Notes: a model not told the origin generated them from the sequence alone. A DNA stretch of 64,000 nt from Acidobacteriota bacterium (GCA_019244185.1 JAFATB010000022.1:64001-128000), one strand, 5' to 3'. Positions 18,738 to 28,661 are shown, counted from the first letter of the stretch. Numbers and translations: made by a program.

Positions 18738-19739
18738 TCAGTGCGCCGCCACCGCCGCGTCGATGTAGCTCGGGTTCCACCAGCGCGACGCCGGGACGTC
18801 CGCGTCGAGGTAGCTGTTCTTCCGCGACCACGCCAGGAAATCGTTCATGGCCGGCACGGAGACGCGCGCGTCGTTCGCGATCGGCTGCCAGCACGCGCGG
18901 CGGATGATGTCCGGCGGCAGCTTCGTGTAGCGGGCCATGATGGCCACGTTGCGGTCGGTCTTGCCCTCGTTGTACTTGCGCGCGCCGCGCAGATACGCGC
19001 GCATGAAGCGGCGCCCGAGCTCCGGATCGTCGTTGAGGAGGCGCTTGCCGAAGAGGATGACGCCGAACTGCACGCCCGGCGCGACCTCGTCCATGCGCGC
19101 GACGACTTTCGAGACGCCCGCGGCGACGTTGTTGCTGAGCGTAGGCTCCTGCGTGTAGCGAATCGCGTCGATCTGCTTGCTGTGCGAGCGGAAGTACTCG
19201 GCGTTTCCGCCGACGCCCTGCGGCAGCTGCGCGAACTCGACGTCGTTGCGCGTGAGGTGCTCGTGCGCGAGGAGGCGGTCGATGAGGTACTCGGTGATGC
19301 CGCCGCGGATGATGGCGAAGCGCTCGCCTTTGAAGCTCTTCGTGCGCGCGATGCGCTCCGCCGTCTCCGGTGTCGCCGCGAACGCCTCCGCCGAGCAGCG
19401 CCCCGGCTCCGCGTGGCCGCGGTCGGCGACGATCTGCATCGGGACGCCTTTGGCCATGAGGTTGAAGAGCCCCGAGCGCACCGGCGTCGACAGCACGTCC
19501 ACTTTGCCGGTGGTCAGCGCGACGAGCGCGGAGTTGACGTCGAGCGGCACGAACTCGACGCGGATGCCCTCGGCCGCGAAGTAGCCTTCGTCGTTCGCGA
19601 CCATCAGCGGACCGTAGCCGAGGTTCGGATTCAGGTTCATGCGCAGCGTGGCCATCGCGGGGCGCTGCGCGGGCTGCTCGTGCCGGCACGCGACAGCGGC
19701 GGCGACCACGAGCAACGCGCCGAGGAGAATGCGTTTCAA
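18738..19739 (-). CDS. ABC transporter substrate-binding lipoprotein (NMT1/SsuA-like)
   Basis: C-terminal 333 aa of track ORF 18738..26135. TTG start overlaps the receptor stop. Lipobox ..AAVAC, GYFAAEGIRVEF, ALTTGKVD, RRFMRAYLRG. Confidence 0.82.
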   Translation of the reverse strand: MKRILLGALLVVAAAVACRHEQPAQRPAMATLRMNLNPNLGYGPLMVANDEGYFAAEGIRVEFVPLDVNSALVALTTGKVDVLSTPVRSGLFNLMAKGVPMQIVADRGHAEPGRCSAEAFAATPETAERIARTKSFKGERFAIIRGGITEYLIDRLLAHEHLTRNDVEFAQLPQGVGGNAEYFRSHSKQIDAIRYTQEPTLSNNVAAGVSKVVARMDEVAPGVQFGVILFGKRLLNDDPELGRRFMRAYLRGARKYNEGKTDRNVAIMARYTKLPPDIIRRACWQPIANDARVSVPAMNDFLAWSRKNSYLDADVPASRWWNPSYIDAAVAAH

Positions 19740-21790
19740 TGCGCGCTCCCGTACGAGGTCGGCATGCGCATGCGGAAGCCCATCGTGAACGCGCGCGGCT
19801 GGCCGTTGCGGAACGAGTTCGGCGTGAGGACGTAGAAGTAGTGTTCGTCGAGCGCGTTCTCGAGCATCGCGTACGCGTCGATCCACGGCCGCAGCGGATG
19901 CGAGACCGCGAGGTCGAGGATGCGGTGCGCGGGCGCGGGGACGACGTTCGCCGGCTCGCCGTACGAGCGGCTCACGACACGCCAGCGCACGTCGGCGCTC
20001 GTGCCGCGCGTGGTCAGGTAGCGCAATCCGAGCGAGCCGTAATGCGGCGCGACGTCGGGCAGCACGTTGCCTTCGATGCTGCGATCGGTCGGGTTGTCGA
20101 CGAGCGTGGAGTCGGAGTACGTGTACCCCGCGTCGACCGAGAATTTCGGCGTGACCTGCACGTCCGTCATCAGCTCGACGCCCTGCGCGCGCGCGCTGCC
20201 GGCGTTGATGTTCTGCACGACGTTGCCGCCGCCGCCCGCCACCGGCACGCGCACCTGCAGGCCCTTGATGTCGTTGCGGAAGACATTGACTTCGACGTGC
20301 GCGCGCGGGTTGCCCCACTCGTAGCCGACCTCCGCGCCGGTGAGCGTCTCCGGCTTGAGGAACGGATTGGCCATGACGGTGCTCTGGCCGGACATCGAGT
20401 TGCGATAGAGCTCGCGCAGCGTCGGCGCGCGGAAGCCGCGGTACGCCGCGCCGCGGATCGCGGAGCTGCCGTTCAGCGCGTAGCGGAGCGAGAGGCGCGG
20501 GTCGAGCTGGCGCGACGTCGTGGACGGATAGACCGTCGTCGCGCCGCCGAGGACGACGTCGGAGGCGCCGGTGTTCGTGAAGTAATCGTAGCGGGCGCTG
20601 AGCAGCGCCTCGAAGCGCGTGACCGGGCGCCAGCTGGCCTGCGAGTACAGGCCGGCGAAACGCTGATGCCCGGTGAGCACGTCGCGCTGCGTCACGCGCG
20701 CGTTGCGATCCATGTTCGTGGTGTGGTCGGTCGCGTCGATGTCGGTGACGTCGACGCCGAACGAGTAGAACGCGAGCGCGCCGGAGCGCTGGCGCGAGTA
20801 GTCGACGGACGCGCCGGTCTCGTTGCCCGGCACCGTGCTGTCGGAGGAGACCCATTCCGCGGCGCGCGCGCCGATGGTCGACGCGGTGGCGATGCGCATG
20901 TTCTCGTGCTGATGGAAGAGCGTCGCGGAGAAGAGTCCCGAGCTGCCGACCGCGGTCTGGAGACCGCTGGAGAAGTCGGCGATCTCGCGCTTCACATACG
21001 AGAGGTGCGTGCCCTGCGAGACGTCCACTTCCGCGGTGCTGCCTTTGACGTACGCGTTGGTCCGGTCGCTCGGGCGGTATTCGGCGCGCGCGGTCGTGAT
21101 CGCGCTGTCGAGCCAGCCCGGCGCGTCGATCGCGCCCGGCGTTGGGACACGGATGGTTCCGTTCGTGTTCCAGCGGTCGTGGCTGAGGCGCACCGCCCAG
21201 CGGCTGCTCAGCATCTCGTCGATCGTCAGCGCCTGCTGCTGCGAGGCGTCGGTGCCGTATGAAGTCAGCACGCGCACCTCGTCTTCGTCGACGGGGCGGG
21301 TGAGGAGGTTGATCGTGCCGCCGACGGCGAAGTTGCCGAAGAGACTCGCGTTCGCGCCGCGCACGACCTCGACCTGCTTGAGCGAGTCGATCGGCACCTT
21401 CTGCCATTCGATCGTGCCGTAATACGGATCGTGAATGGGCACGCCGTCGAGGAGCACGAGCGCGCGCTGGCCGCCCAGGCCGCGCATCGAGACACGGTGG
21501 TTCTGTACGCCGGTGTTCGCCGCGCTGGCGATCGGCATGTTCACGCCGGGGATCGTGCGCAGGATGTCGTCGATCGTATGCGCGGGCGTCGCCTTCAGCT
21601 TCGCTTCCGGCACGACCGTCGTGCTGATCGGCAGCTCGCTCACCGCGCGCTCGCTGCGCGTGGCGGTGACGACGACCGTCTCCTCGACTTTCGGCTTTTT
21701 GTCGGCGGCTTCTTTTTCGCCGGCGGGGGCTTCCTGGGCGAAAACAGGCAGAGCGAGAGCAGTGAGCAGCAGGAGCGCGGAGCGGCGCAA
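19736..21790 (-). CDS. TonB-dependent receptor
   Basis: TTG start with AAGGAG RBS and signal peptide. TonB box ETVVVTATR, plug motifs LVLLDGVP and VEVVRGANASLFG, FRAPTLRELY, NPFLKPE, ENALDEHY. Confidence 0.9.
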   Translation of the reverse strand: MRRSALLLLTALALPVFAQEAPAGEKEAADKKPKVEETVVVTATRSERAVSELPISTTVVPEAKLKATPAHTIDDILRTIPGVNMPIASAANTGVQNHRVSMRGLGGQRALVLLDGVPIHDPYYGTIEWQKVPIDSLKQVEVVRGANASLFGNFAVGGTINLLTRPVDEDEVRVLTSYGTDASQQQALTIDEMLSSRWAVRLSHDRWNTNGTIRVPTPGAIDAPGWLDSAITTARAEYRPSDRTNAYVKGSTAEVDVSQGTHLSYVKREIADFSSGLQTAVGSSGLFSATLFHQHENMRIATASTIGARAAEWVSSDSTVPGNETGASVDYSRQRSGALAFYSFGVDVTDIDATDHTTNMDRNARVTQRDVLTGHQRFAGLYSQASWRPVTRFEALLSARYDYFTNTGASDVVLGGATTVYPSTTSRQLDPRLSLRYALNGSSAIRGAAYRGFRAPTLRELYRNSMSGQSTVMANPFLKPETLTGAEVGYEWGNPRAHVEVNVFRNDIKGLQVRVPVAGGGGNVVQNINAGSARAQGVELMTDVQVTPKFSVDAGYTYSDSTLVDNPTDRSIEGNVLPDVAPHYGSLGLRYLTTRGTSADVRWRVVSRSYGEPANVVPAPAHRILDLAVSHPLRPWIDAYAMLENALDEHYFYVLTPNSFRNGQPRAFTMGFRMRMPTSYGSAH

Positions 21791-21801
21791 GATGTCTCCT
21801 T

Positions 21802-21837
21802 GACGTTGGACGAGTCCGGGACGTTGGACGAGTTCGG
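21802..21837. repeat. 18-bp direct repeat x2 just upstream of the TonB operon RBS
   Basis: GACGTTGGACGAGTCCGG followed directly by GACGTTGGACGAGTTCGG (1 mismatch). Confidence 0.6.
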
Positions 21838-21914
21838 ACGGGGCCAGTATAGCCGCCGCGCCGCGCGAAGCAATCGGCGGACACCGACCGACTTGCCTCC
21901 GTATCTGAGGACGC

Positions 21915-23423
21915 ATGTATGCTCCCGCGACCGTGAACGCAGCCCCTGTCCGCGCTCCGACGACCCGCGCCCTCATGGGCCGCGCCCGCCCGTACGTTTC
22001 CTCGCACTGGGGCACCGCGCTGGCCATGCTCGCCGTGTTGACGGCGTACACCTTCTTCACGAGTAAAGGAACGATGGAGTTCCGTCGCATCCCGTGGGAC
22101 CAGTCGTATTACGCGAGTCTCACCGAGAGCATGCGCTACGGACACGTCTCGCTGATGCAGAGCCCCGACCCGCGGCTCGCGCAGATGAAGAACCCGTACG
22201 ACTACAACGCCCGCGGCGCCGAGAGCATCGACTTCCTGTGGGACCTCAGCTACTTCCGCGGCAAGTACTACCTCTATTTCACCGTCCTGCCGGTGTTCCT
22301 CGTCTATCTGCCGTTCCGCTGGATCGGCGGCGGCTATCCGTCGGACCAGCTCGTGACGCTGCTGTTCTCGGCGTGGTCGTTCCTCCTGCTGGTCGCGTTC
22401 GCGAAACGCGCATTGCGCGGGCGGAAGCTGCACCTGCCGTTCGCGTTGTGGGTGCTGCTGATCGGCTTCGGCAATACGGTCTGCTTCAATGCGACCGAGG
22501 TGCGGATGTACGAGGTGGCGATCGCGTGCGGCATGGCCATGTCGGCGACGTGGGCGTATGCGCTGCTCCGCTTCAGCGAAGAACCGACCATTCGCCGCGC
22601 CGCCTGGATGGCGCTGTGGCTCGCGCTCGCGATCGCGTCGCGGCCGAACTTCGGAGTGCTGCTGCTCGTGGCCGGACTCGCGCTCTGGAAGACCGCGGAT
22701 CGCTGGCGCATCATCCGCGCGGCGCTCGTGCCGCTCGCGGTCGTCGCGATCGCGCTCATGGCGTACAACGTCGCGCGCTTCCGCAAGCCGCTCGAGTTCG
22801 GGGTCACGTACCAGATGACGTTTCCCGACATGCGCCAGCACAAGGTCTGCAGCCTCTGCAAGCCGAACGAGTTCCTGCGCCTCGTCAACAACCTCGTGCA
22901 CTACGAGTTCTGGGCGCCGAGCGTCGGCGGCAAGTTCCCGTTCGTCGACCTGCAGCGCAACCGCCTCGATCCCGACGTCTCGTACGGCGGCGGCGCCGAG
23001 CAGACCGTCGGCGTCGGCGCGCTCGTGCCGATCACGATCCTCGGCTCGCTCTTCGCGCTGCTGTTCGTGCTGCGCCGCGATGCCGGGTCCGATCCGCCGC
23101 TGCGCGGCGCACTGCGCGTCATGGCCGGCGCGTGGCTGATCCTTCTCGGACTGTCCACCTGCTGGTGGGTCACCGCACGCTACACGCTCGACTTCATGAT
23201 GCTCATGACGGCGTCGAGCGCGGTCATCGTCGAATACGGCCTCGATTGGCTCGGCGACCTCGGCATCCGGCTGCGCCCGCTGCGCGTGCTTCTCGTCGCG
23301 CTCGCGTGCTACACGATCGCCATCGGATTCGAAGCCGGCTTCATGGGCGTGAACGGCGCGTTCGCGCGCGTCGCGCCCGACCTCTTCCAGAAGCTCGCAA
23401 AGTACGGCTCGCAGACACAATAG
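21915..23423 (+). CDS. Polytopic membrane protein, possibly GT-C fold glycosyltransferase-like
   Basis: About 500 aa with many TM segments. Loop WDLSYFRGKYYLYF, YEVAIA, ASRPN, YNVARFRKPLEFG, ARYTLDF. Start uncertain. Confidence 0.6.
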   Translation: MYAPATVNAAPVRAPTTRALMGRARPYVSSHWGTALAMLAVLTAYTFFTSKGTMEFRRIPWDQSYYASLTESMRYGHVSLMQSPDPRLAQMKNPYDYNARGAESIDFLWDLSYFRGKYYLYFTVLPVFLVYLPFRWIGGGYPSDQLVTLLFSAWSFLLLVAFAKRALRGRKLHLPFALWVLLIGFGNTVCFNATEVRMYEVAIACGMAMSATWAYALLRFSEEPTIRRAAWMALWLALAIASRPNFGVLLLVAGLALWKTADRWRIIRAALVPLAVVAIALMAYNVARFRKPLEFGVTYQMTFPDMRQHKVCSLCKPNEFLRLVNNLVHYEFWAPSVGGKFPFVDLQRNRLDPDVSYGGGAEQTVGVGALVPITILGSLFALLFVLRRDAGSDPPLRGALRVMAGAWLILLGLSTCWWVTARYTLDFMMLMTASSAVIVEYGLDWLGDLGIRLRPLRVLLVALACYTIAIGFEAGFMGVNGAFARVAPDLFQKLAKYGSQTQ

Positions 23424-23435
23424 AATCGCGCGTCT

Positions 23436-26345
23436 ATGCGCCGACTGTTCTGCGTCCTCTTCTTCGCAAACCTCTTCGCGCTCGCAGCCTCCGCACAACT
23501 CGACCCGTCGCGCTTCGCCGAGATGCGCTGGCGGCACATCGGCCCGTTCCGCGGCGGACGCACCGTCGCCGCCGTCGGCATCCCCTCGCAGCCGCACACC
23601 TTCTACATCGGCGTCAACAACGGCGGCGTCTGGAAGACCACCGACGCGGGCCGCATCTGGACGCCGATCTTCGACGACCAGCCGACCGGCTCCATCGGCG
23701 CGATCGCGGTCGCGCCGTCCGATCCGAACGTGATCTACGCCGGCAGCGGCGAAGGTCTGCAGCGCCCCGATCTTTCCACCGGCGACGGTATCTACAAATC
23801 CACCGACGCCGGCGCCACCTGGACGCACCTTGGCCTCCGCGACGGCCAGCAGATTCCGATGATCGCCGTCGATCCGCGCGATCCGAACCGCCTCTTCGTC
23901 GCGGTGTTGGGACATCCCTACGGCCCGAACGTCGAGCGCGGGATCTTCCGCTCGGTGGACGGCGGCCGCACGTTCGAGCGCGTGCTCTATCGCGACGAGA
24001 ACAGCGGCGGCATCGACGTCGTCATCGATCCGGCGAATCCGCAGCTCGTCTACGCCGCGTTGTGGGACGCGCGGCAGGGTCCGTGGGAGAACGGCACGTT
24101 CCGCGGCACCGGCAGCGGCTTGTACAAGTCGACCGACGGCGGCACGACGTGGCGGATGCTGACCAATGGCTTGCCGACGCCTCAGCAGGGACTCTCGCGC
24201 ATCGGACTCGACCTGGCGCGCACCGACTCGCGCCGTCTGTTCGCTGTGGTCAGCACGTCCGGCGAGGTGAAGGGCGGCGGCCTCTATCGCTCCGACGACG
24301 CGGGCGAGACGTGGACGAACGTCAACGACGACATCCGCCTGTGGGGACGCGACGGCGACTTCAACGAGGTGCGCATCGACCCCGCGAACGCGAACGTGGT
24401 CTACGTCGCGAACATCGTCACGTGGAAGTCGACCGACGGCGGCAAGACGTTCGCGGCGTTCCGCGGCGCGCCGGGCGGCGACGACTATCACCGCATCTGG
24501 CTCAATCCGACGAACCCGAACATTGTCCTCATCGCGTCGGATCAAGGCGCGATCGTCACGCTCAACGGCGGCGCGACGTGGAGCTCCTGGTACAACCAGC
24601 CCACCGCGCAGATGTACCACGTCAACACCGACAACGCCTTTCCGTATCGCGTCTGCGGCGGCCAGCAGGAGAGCGGCTCCGCGTGCGTGGCCAGCCGCGG
24701 CGACGAGGGACGCATCACGTTCCGCGACTGGCGCCCGGTCGGCGTCGAGGAGTACGGCTACGCCGTGCCCGATCCGCTGGATCCCGATGTCGTCTACGGC
24801 GGCAAGCTGACGCGCTGGGATCGCCGCACCGGTCAGGTGCAGGACATCACGCCGCGCCCCCTCGGCGGCGCCGGCTATCGCGTGCTCCGCACGCAGCCGG
24901 TCGTGTTCTCGCCGATCGATCCGCACGTCCTCTACTTCGCCTCGAACACGCTGTGGAAGACGACGAACGGCGGCAACTTGTGGACCGAGATCAGCCCCGA
25001 CCTCACGCGCAAGACGTGGAGCGTGCCGGCGAACGTCGGCGTGTACGCGCCGACCGTGACGCCGAAGCAGCGCGGCGTGATCTACGCCGTCGCGCCGTCG
25101 CCGCTCGACGCGAACCGCATCTGGGCCGGCACGGACGACGGCCTGCTGCACGTCACCACCGACGGCGGCAAAACGTGGAGCGACGTCACGCCGCCGTCGC
25201 TCGTGCCGTGGGCGAAGGTCTCCATCCTCGAGGCCTCGCACTTCGACGCGCGGACCGCCTACGCCGCGATCAACACGTTCCGCCTCGACGACTTGCGCCC
25301 GCACATCCTGCGCACGCGCGACGGCGGCAAGACGTGGAGCGAGATCGTGAACGGCATTCCCGCCGCCGGCATCATCAACGTCGTCCGCGAAGATCCGAAA
25401 ACGCGCGGCCTGCTCTTCGCCGGCAGCGAACGCGAGGTGTACGTCTCGTCCGATGACGGCGAGCACTGGCAGTCGCTGCGTCTCAACATGCCCGCGTCGT
25501 CGATCCGCGACCTCGTGCTGAAGGATGACGATGTCGTCGTCGCCACGCACGGCCGAGGATTCTGGATCCTGGACGACATCGAGCCGCTGCGGCAGGTCTC
25601 GCGCGTCAGCGGCGCCGCGTATCTCTTCGCACCGCAGCGCGCGTGGCGTCTGCGCGGCAACCTCAACACCGACACGCCGCTGCCGCCCGACGAGCCGGCC
25701 GGCGAGAATCCGCCCGACGGCGCCATCATTGATTACTGGCTCGCGTCGAATGCCACCGGCGTCGTGACGCTGGAGATCCTCGACGCGAACAACAACGTCC
25801 TGCGCCGCTACGCGAGCGACGATCCGGTCGAGCCGGTCTCCGACGAAGGCAACGTGCCGCGCTGGTGGATCCGCCCGCGCCGTCCGCTCGCCACCACCGC
25901 GGGCATGCATCGCGTGACGTGGGACATGCACAACACTCCATTGCACGAGGAGCGCGAGAGCTTCCCGATCGCGGCGACGCCGGAAGACACCGCGCCGAAC
26001 GCCGCCGCGGTGTGGGTGCTGCCCGGCACGTACACCGTGCGCCTCACCGCGAACGGTGTGACGACCACGCGCCCGCTCGTCGTGCAACTCGACCCGCGCG
26101 TGAAGGCGCCGCTGTCCGCGCTGCAGCAGCAACACGATCTCTCCATGCGCGTGTACGTTGCGCTGGCAGGGGCGCTGGCGCGCGCGCGCGGCGCGAAGCC
26201 TGCCGCGAGCCCGGCCGCCGCGGACGCTACCGCTAACAATGACAAGGCCGACGCGTTGCGCGGCCTGCTCGAGATCCTGCAGAGCGCCGACGTCGCGCCG
26301 TCGGCGCAGCTCGTCGCGGCCGTCGAGGAGGCGCTGCGGCAGTGA
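23436..26345 (+). CDS. Secreted VPS10/BNR(Asp-box)-repeat glycosyl hydrolase-like protein
   Basis: Signal peptide, WRHIGPFRGGR, and many S/T-x-D-G-G-x-T-W Asp boxes. Confidence 0.85.
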   Translation: MRRLFCVLFFANLFALAASAQLDPSRFAEMRWRHIGPFRGGRTVAAVGIPSQPHTFYIGVNNGGVWKTTDAGRIWTPIFDDQPTGSIGAIAVAPSDPNVIYAGSGEGLQRPDLSTGDGIYKSTDAGATWTHLGLRDGQQIPMIAVDPRDPNRLFVAVLGHPYGPNVERGIFRSVDGGRTFERVLYRDENSGGIDVVIDPANPQLVYAALWDARQGPWENGTFRGTGSGLYKSTDGGTTWRMLTNGLPTPQQGLSRIGLDLARTDSRRLFAVVSTSGEVKGGGLYRSDDAGETWTNVNDDIRLWGRDGDFNEVRIDPANANVVYVANIVTWKSTDGGKTFAAFRGAPGGDDYHRIWLNPTNPNIVLIASDQGAIVTLNGGATWSSWYNQPTAQMYHVNTDNAFPYRVCGGQQESGSACVASRGDEGRITFRDWRPVGVEEYGYAVPDPLDPDVVYGGKLTRWDRRTGQVQDITPRPLGGAGYRVLRTQPVVFSPIDPHVLYFASNTLWKTTNGGNLWTEISPDLTRKTWSVPANVGVYAPTVTPKQRGVIYAVAPSPLDANRIWAGTDDGLLHVTTDGGKTWSDVTPPSLVPWAKVSILEASHFDARTAYAAINTFRLDDLRPHILRTRDGGKTWSEIVNGIPAAGIINVVREDPKTRGLLFAGSEREVYVSSDDGEHWQSLRLNMPASSIRDLVLKDDDVVVATHGRGFWILDDIEPLRQVSRVSGAAYLFAPQRAWRLRGNLNTDTPLPPDEPAGENPPDGAIIDYWLASNATGVVTLEILDANNNVLRRYASDDPVEPVSDEGNVPRWWIRPRRPLATTAGMHRVTWDMHNTPLHEERESFPIAATPEDTAPNAAAVWVLPGTYTVRLTANGVTTTRPLVVQLDPRVKAPLSALQQQHDLSMRVYVALAGALARARGAKPAASPAAADATANNDKADALRGLLEILQSADVAPSAQLVAAVEEALRQ

Positions 26346-27973
26346 CGATTCCGCGCCTCACGCGCTTCCTCACGCAGCTCATCAGCGAGACGAGCGCGCT
26401 CTCCGTCGACGACACGCTCGCGCTCGCGGAGCAGGCGCCGCAGCTCGACGACGACCCGGAGCTCGCGCACGAGATCCGCGACTTCCGCGCGCTCCTCGGC
26501 CGCTTCCGTCTCAACGCCGCGCCGATCGAGTCGCTGCTCGCGCATCCCGTCTCCCGCGCGCTCGAGGCGTTTCTCCTCGCGTTCCCGATTCCCTTTCACG
26601 ACGAGCACATTCACCTCACCGGCTCGCTCGACGCCGAGTTCGTCTGGTCTCGCCTCGGCGCACTGCTCGACGGTCCCGACCGCGCGCTGTACGAGGCCAA
26701 GATCGCGGAGGTCTACGGCCCCGACGCGCTGCCGATCCGCGGCGTCGCCGACGTCGACCGCCTCATCCGCCTGCGCGATGAAGACCGCTTCGATCGCTAC
26801 CTCAAGATCCTCTATCTCCCCAAGCTGATCCTCACGACGCGCGAGGCGCACCGCGCCGCCGCGTACCACATGGCCTCGCGACTCTGGCGTACGTCGAACG
26901 TCGGCTCGCTGCGCCTGAAGTTCACGCTGTTCCGCGAGACCACCGATCCCTCCGAGCAGATCCCCGGCCTCGGCGCGCTGACGCCCGAGGACGTGCTGCT
27001 GGGGCTGTGCGAAGGCTTTCGGGAGTTTCAAGCGGAGCAGCGCGAGTTCCGCTTCATCCTCTCGCCGAGCTTCCGCAAGGAGCCGGGCTTCTACGACGCC
27101 ACGCGCTACGCGTCGAAACGCGAGAGCTTCGACGATCAGGTGCGGCAGATCATCGACCTGCTCAAGAAGCATCCCGAGCTGCGCGACGTGCTGACGGAAG
27201 TCGACACCGTCGGCAACGAGCGCGGCTTCTATCGCAAGGCGCACTTTCAGGAGATGCGCGTCGGCATGCGCAAGCTGCAGGCGTACGGCCTGCGCACGCG
27301 CAGCCATCACGGCGAGACGTGGAACACGCTGCGGCAGGGCGTGCAGGCCGTCGATAACGCGATGAACATCTGGTACGTCGACGCCATCGAGCACGGCCTC
27401 TCGCTCGGCATCAATCCCAACTTCTACTTCCACGCGCTGCTGCAGCGCATCCTCCGCGCGAACCGCCGTGGCGAGCCGATCGCGCCGCACTCGCGCGAGC
27501 TCGCGGAGCTGATGGACATGGACACCAGCGGCCGCGAGGAGATCCGCGAGAAGCTCGTGCGCGGCGAGCCGCTCACGGATTCCGAAGCGACGCTGGCGAC
27601 GAAGACGAAGTTCCACCACGCGCGCGAGGTTGAGCACTACCAGCACGACGTGCTCAATCGCATGATCGACAAGCGCCTCACGCTCGTCTCGCTGCCGTCG
27701 TCGAACAAGAAGCTCACCGGCGCGCTCGCCGACTATGCCGACCATCCGTTTTCCTGGTGGGAGAAAAAAGGCCTCCGCCTCGGCGTCGGCACCGACAACG
27801 ACATCACGCTCTCGACGAGCCTCGTCCGCGAGATGCTGATCCTGCTCTACACCGATCCGCTCGAGCTCAAGCTCGCCAAACTCCTCATCGTCACCACCGG
27901 CGAAACGCGCCGCTCGCACCTGTCGCATCTGCTGTGGGAGATGCGGAAGGGTGGGGGAGCCCAGGGAAACTGA
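26342..27973 (+). CDS. Adenosine/AMP deaminase-like amidohydrolase
   Basis: Metal-binding HIHLTGS, HHGE, IEHG, LPSSN, GVGTDND. GTGA overlap with the upstream gene. Confidence 0.72.
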   Translation: MTIPRLTRFLTQLISETSALSVDDTLALAEQAPQLDDDPELAHEIRDFRALLGRFRLNAAPIESLLAHPVSRALEAFLLAFPIPFHDEHIHLTGSLDAEFVWSRLGALLDGPDRALYEAKIAEVYGPDALPIRGVADVDRLIRLRDEDRFDRYLKILYLPKLILTTREAHRAAAYHMASRLWRTSNVGSLRLKFTLFRETTDPSEQIPGLGALTPEDVLLGLCEGFREFQAEQREFRFILSPSFRKEPGFYDATRYASKRESFDDQVRQIIDLLKKHPELRDVLTEVDTVGNERGFYRKAHFQEMRVGMRKLQAYGLRTRSHHGETWNTLRQGVQAVDNAMNIWYVDAIEHGLSLGINPNFYFHALLQRILRANRRGEPIAPHSRELAELMDMDTSGREEIREKLVRGEPLTDSEATLATKTKFHHAREVEHYQHDVLNRMIDKRLTLVSLPSSNKKLTGALADYADHPFSWWEKKGLRLGVGTDNDITLSTSLVREMLILLYTDPLELKLAKLLIVTTGETRRSHLSHLLWEMRKGGGAQGN

Positions 27974-28152
27974 CGCGCGGCCGCGCGACCGAACGCGCGG
28001 CTCGCAGCGATCTGCGCTCGCACTGCGTTCGACCGACGCCCGAACGCATTCGGTACTTGCCGCGACGCGATCTTCCGGCGCACGGGCGCAGCGTGCCGCC
28101 GTCGCGTGGGATGAACGCGGCCAACGACGGCAGGAATACGACCGCGGTTCGC

Positions 28153-28572
28153 ATGAAAGCCGGAACGCGACGCTTGAAATCCAGAATCGGTCGCACGAAA
28201 GCCAGAATCGGTCGCATGAAATCCAGAACGCGACGCGTGAAATCCAGAACGCGACGCGTGAAAACCAGAATTCATGGCGTGAAATCCAGAATCGGTCGCA
28301 TGAAAGCCAGAATCGCTCGCGTGAAATCCAGAACGCGACGCGTGAAAACCAGAATTCATGGCTTGAAAACCAGAATCGGTCGCATGAAAGCCAGAACGCG
28401 ACGCATGAAATCCAGAACGCGACGCATGAAAACCAGAATCGGACGCGTGAAAACCAGAATTGGACGCGTGAAAACCAGAATCGAACGCGTGAAATCCAGA
28501 ATTGGACGCGTGAAATCCAGAATTGGACGCGTGAAAACCGGAACGCGTCGCGTGAACGCCACGACGCGTCGC
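28153..28572. repeat. Tandem array of 20 degenerate 21-bp units
   Basis: Units such as GTGAAATCCAGAACGCGACGC, ATGAAAGCCAGAATCGGTCGC, GTGAAAACCAGAATTCATGGC and GTGAAATCCAGAATTGGACGC, head-to-tail with no spacers. Confidence 0.95.
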
Positions 28573-28661
28573 GTGCTCGGCTTTTCAATGTAATCGCGCC
28601 AACCGCGAGGCGTACACTCTGGGCAGGCATTCCGGAGCGGATGCCCTGCGTCATCGCTCGC

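Noticed and set aside
21791-21914. Riboswitch upstream of the TonB receptor
   Set aside because: The region is short and I could not recognise cobalamin, TPP or other conserved aptamer motifs.
18738-26135. 2465-aa ORF and other very long ORFs (10990..14658, 39590..42415, 42246..45206, 59631..62357, 25808..28663)
   Set aside because: Shadow/antisense frames typical of high-GC DNA, with Arg/Ala-rich non-protein-like composition. Only terminal parts of some correspond to real genes (binding protein, small secreted protein, oxidoreductase).
26342-27973. Anti-phage RADAR (RdrB) or CRISPR-associated deaminase
   Set aside because: No RdrA-like ATPase, CARF domain or cas genes nearby; the context is not a defence island.
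28153-28572. CRISPR array
   Set aside because: 21-bp units are contiguous with no unique spacers, and there are no cas genes.
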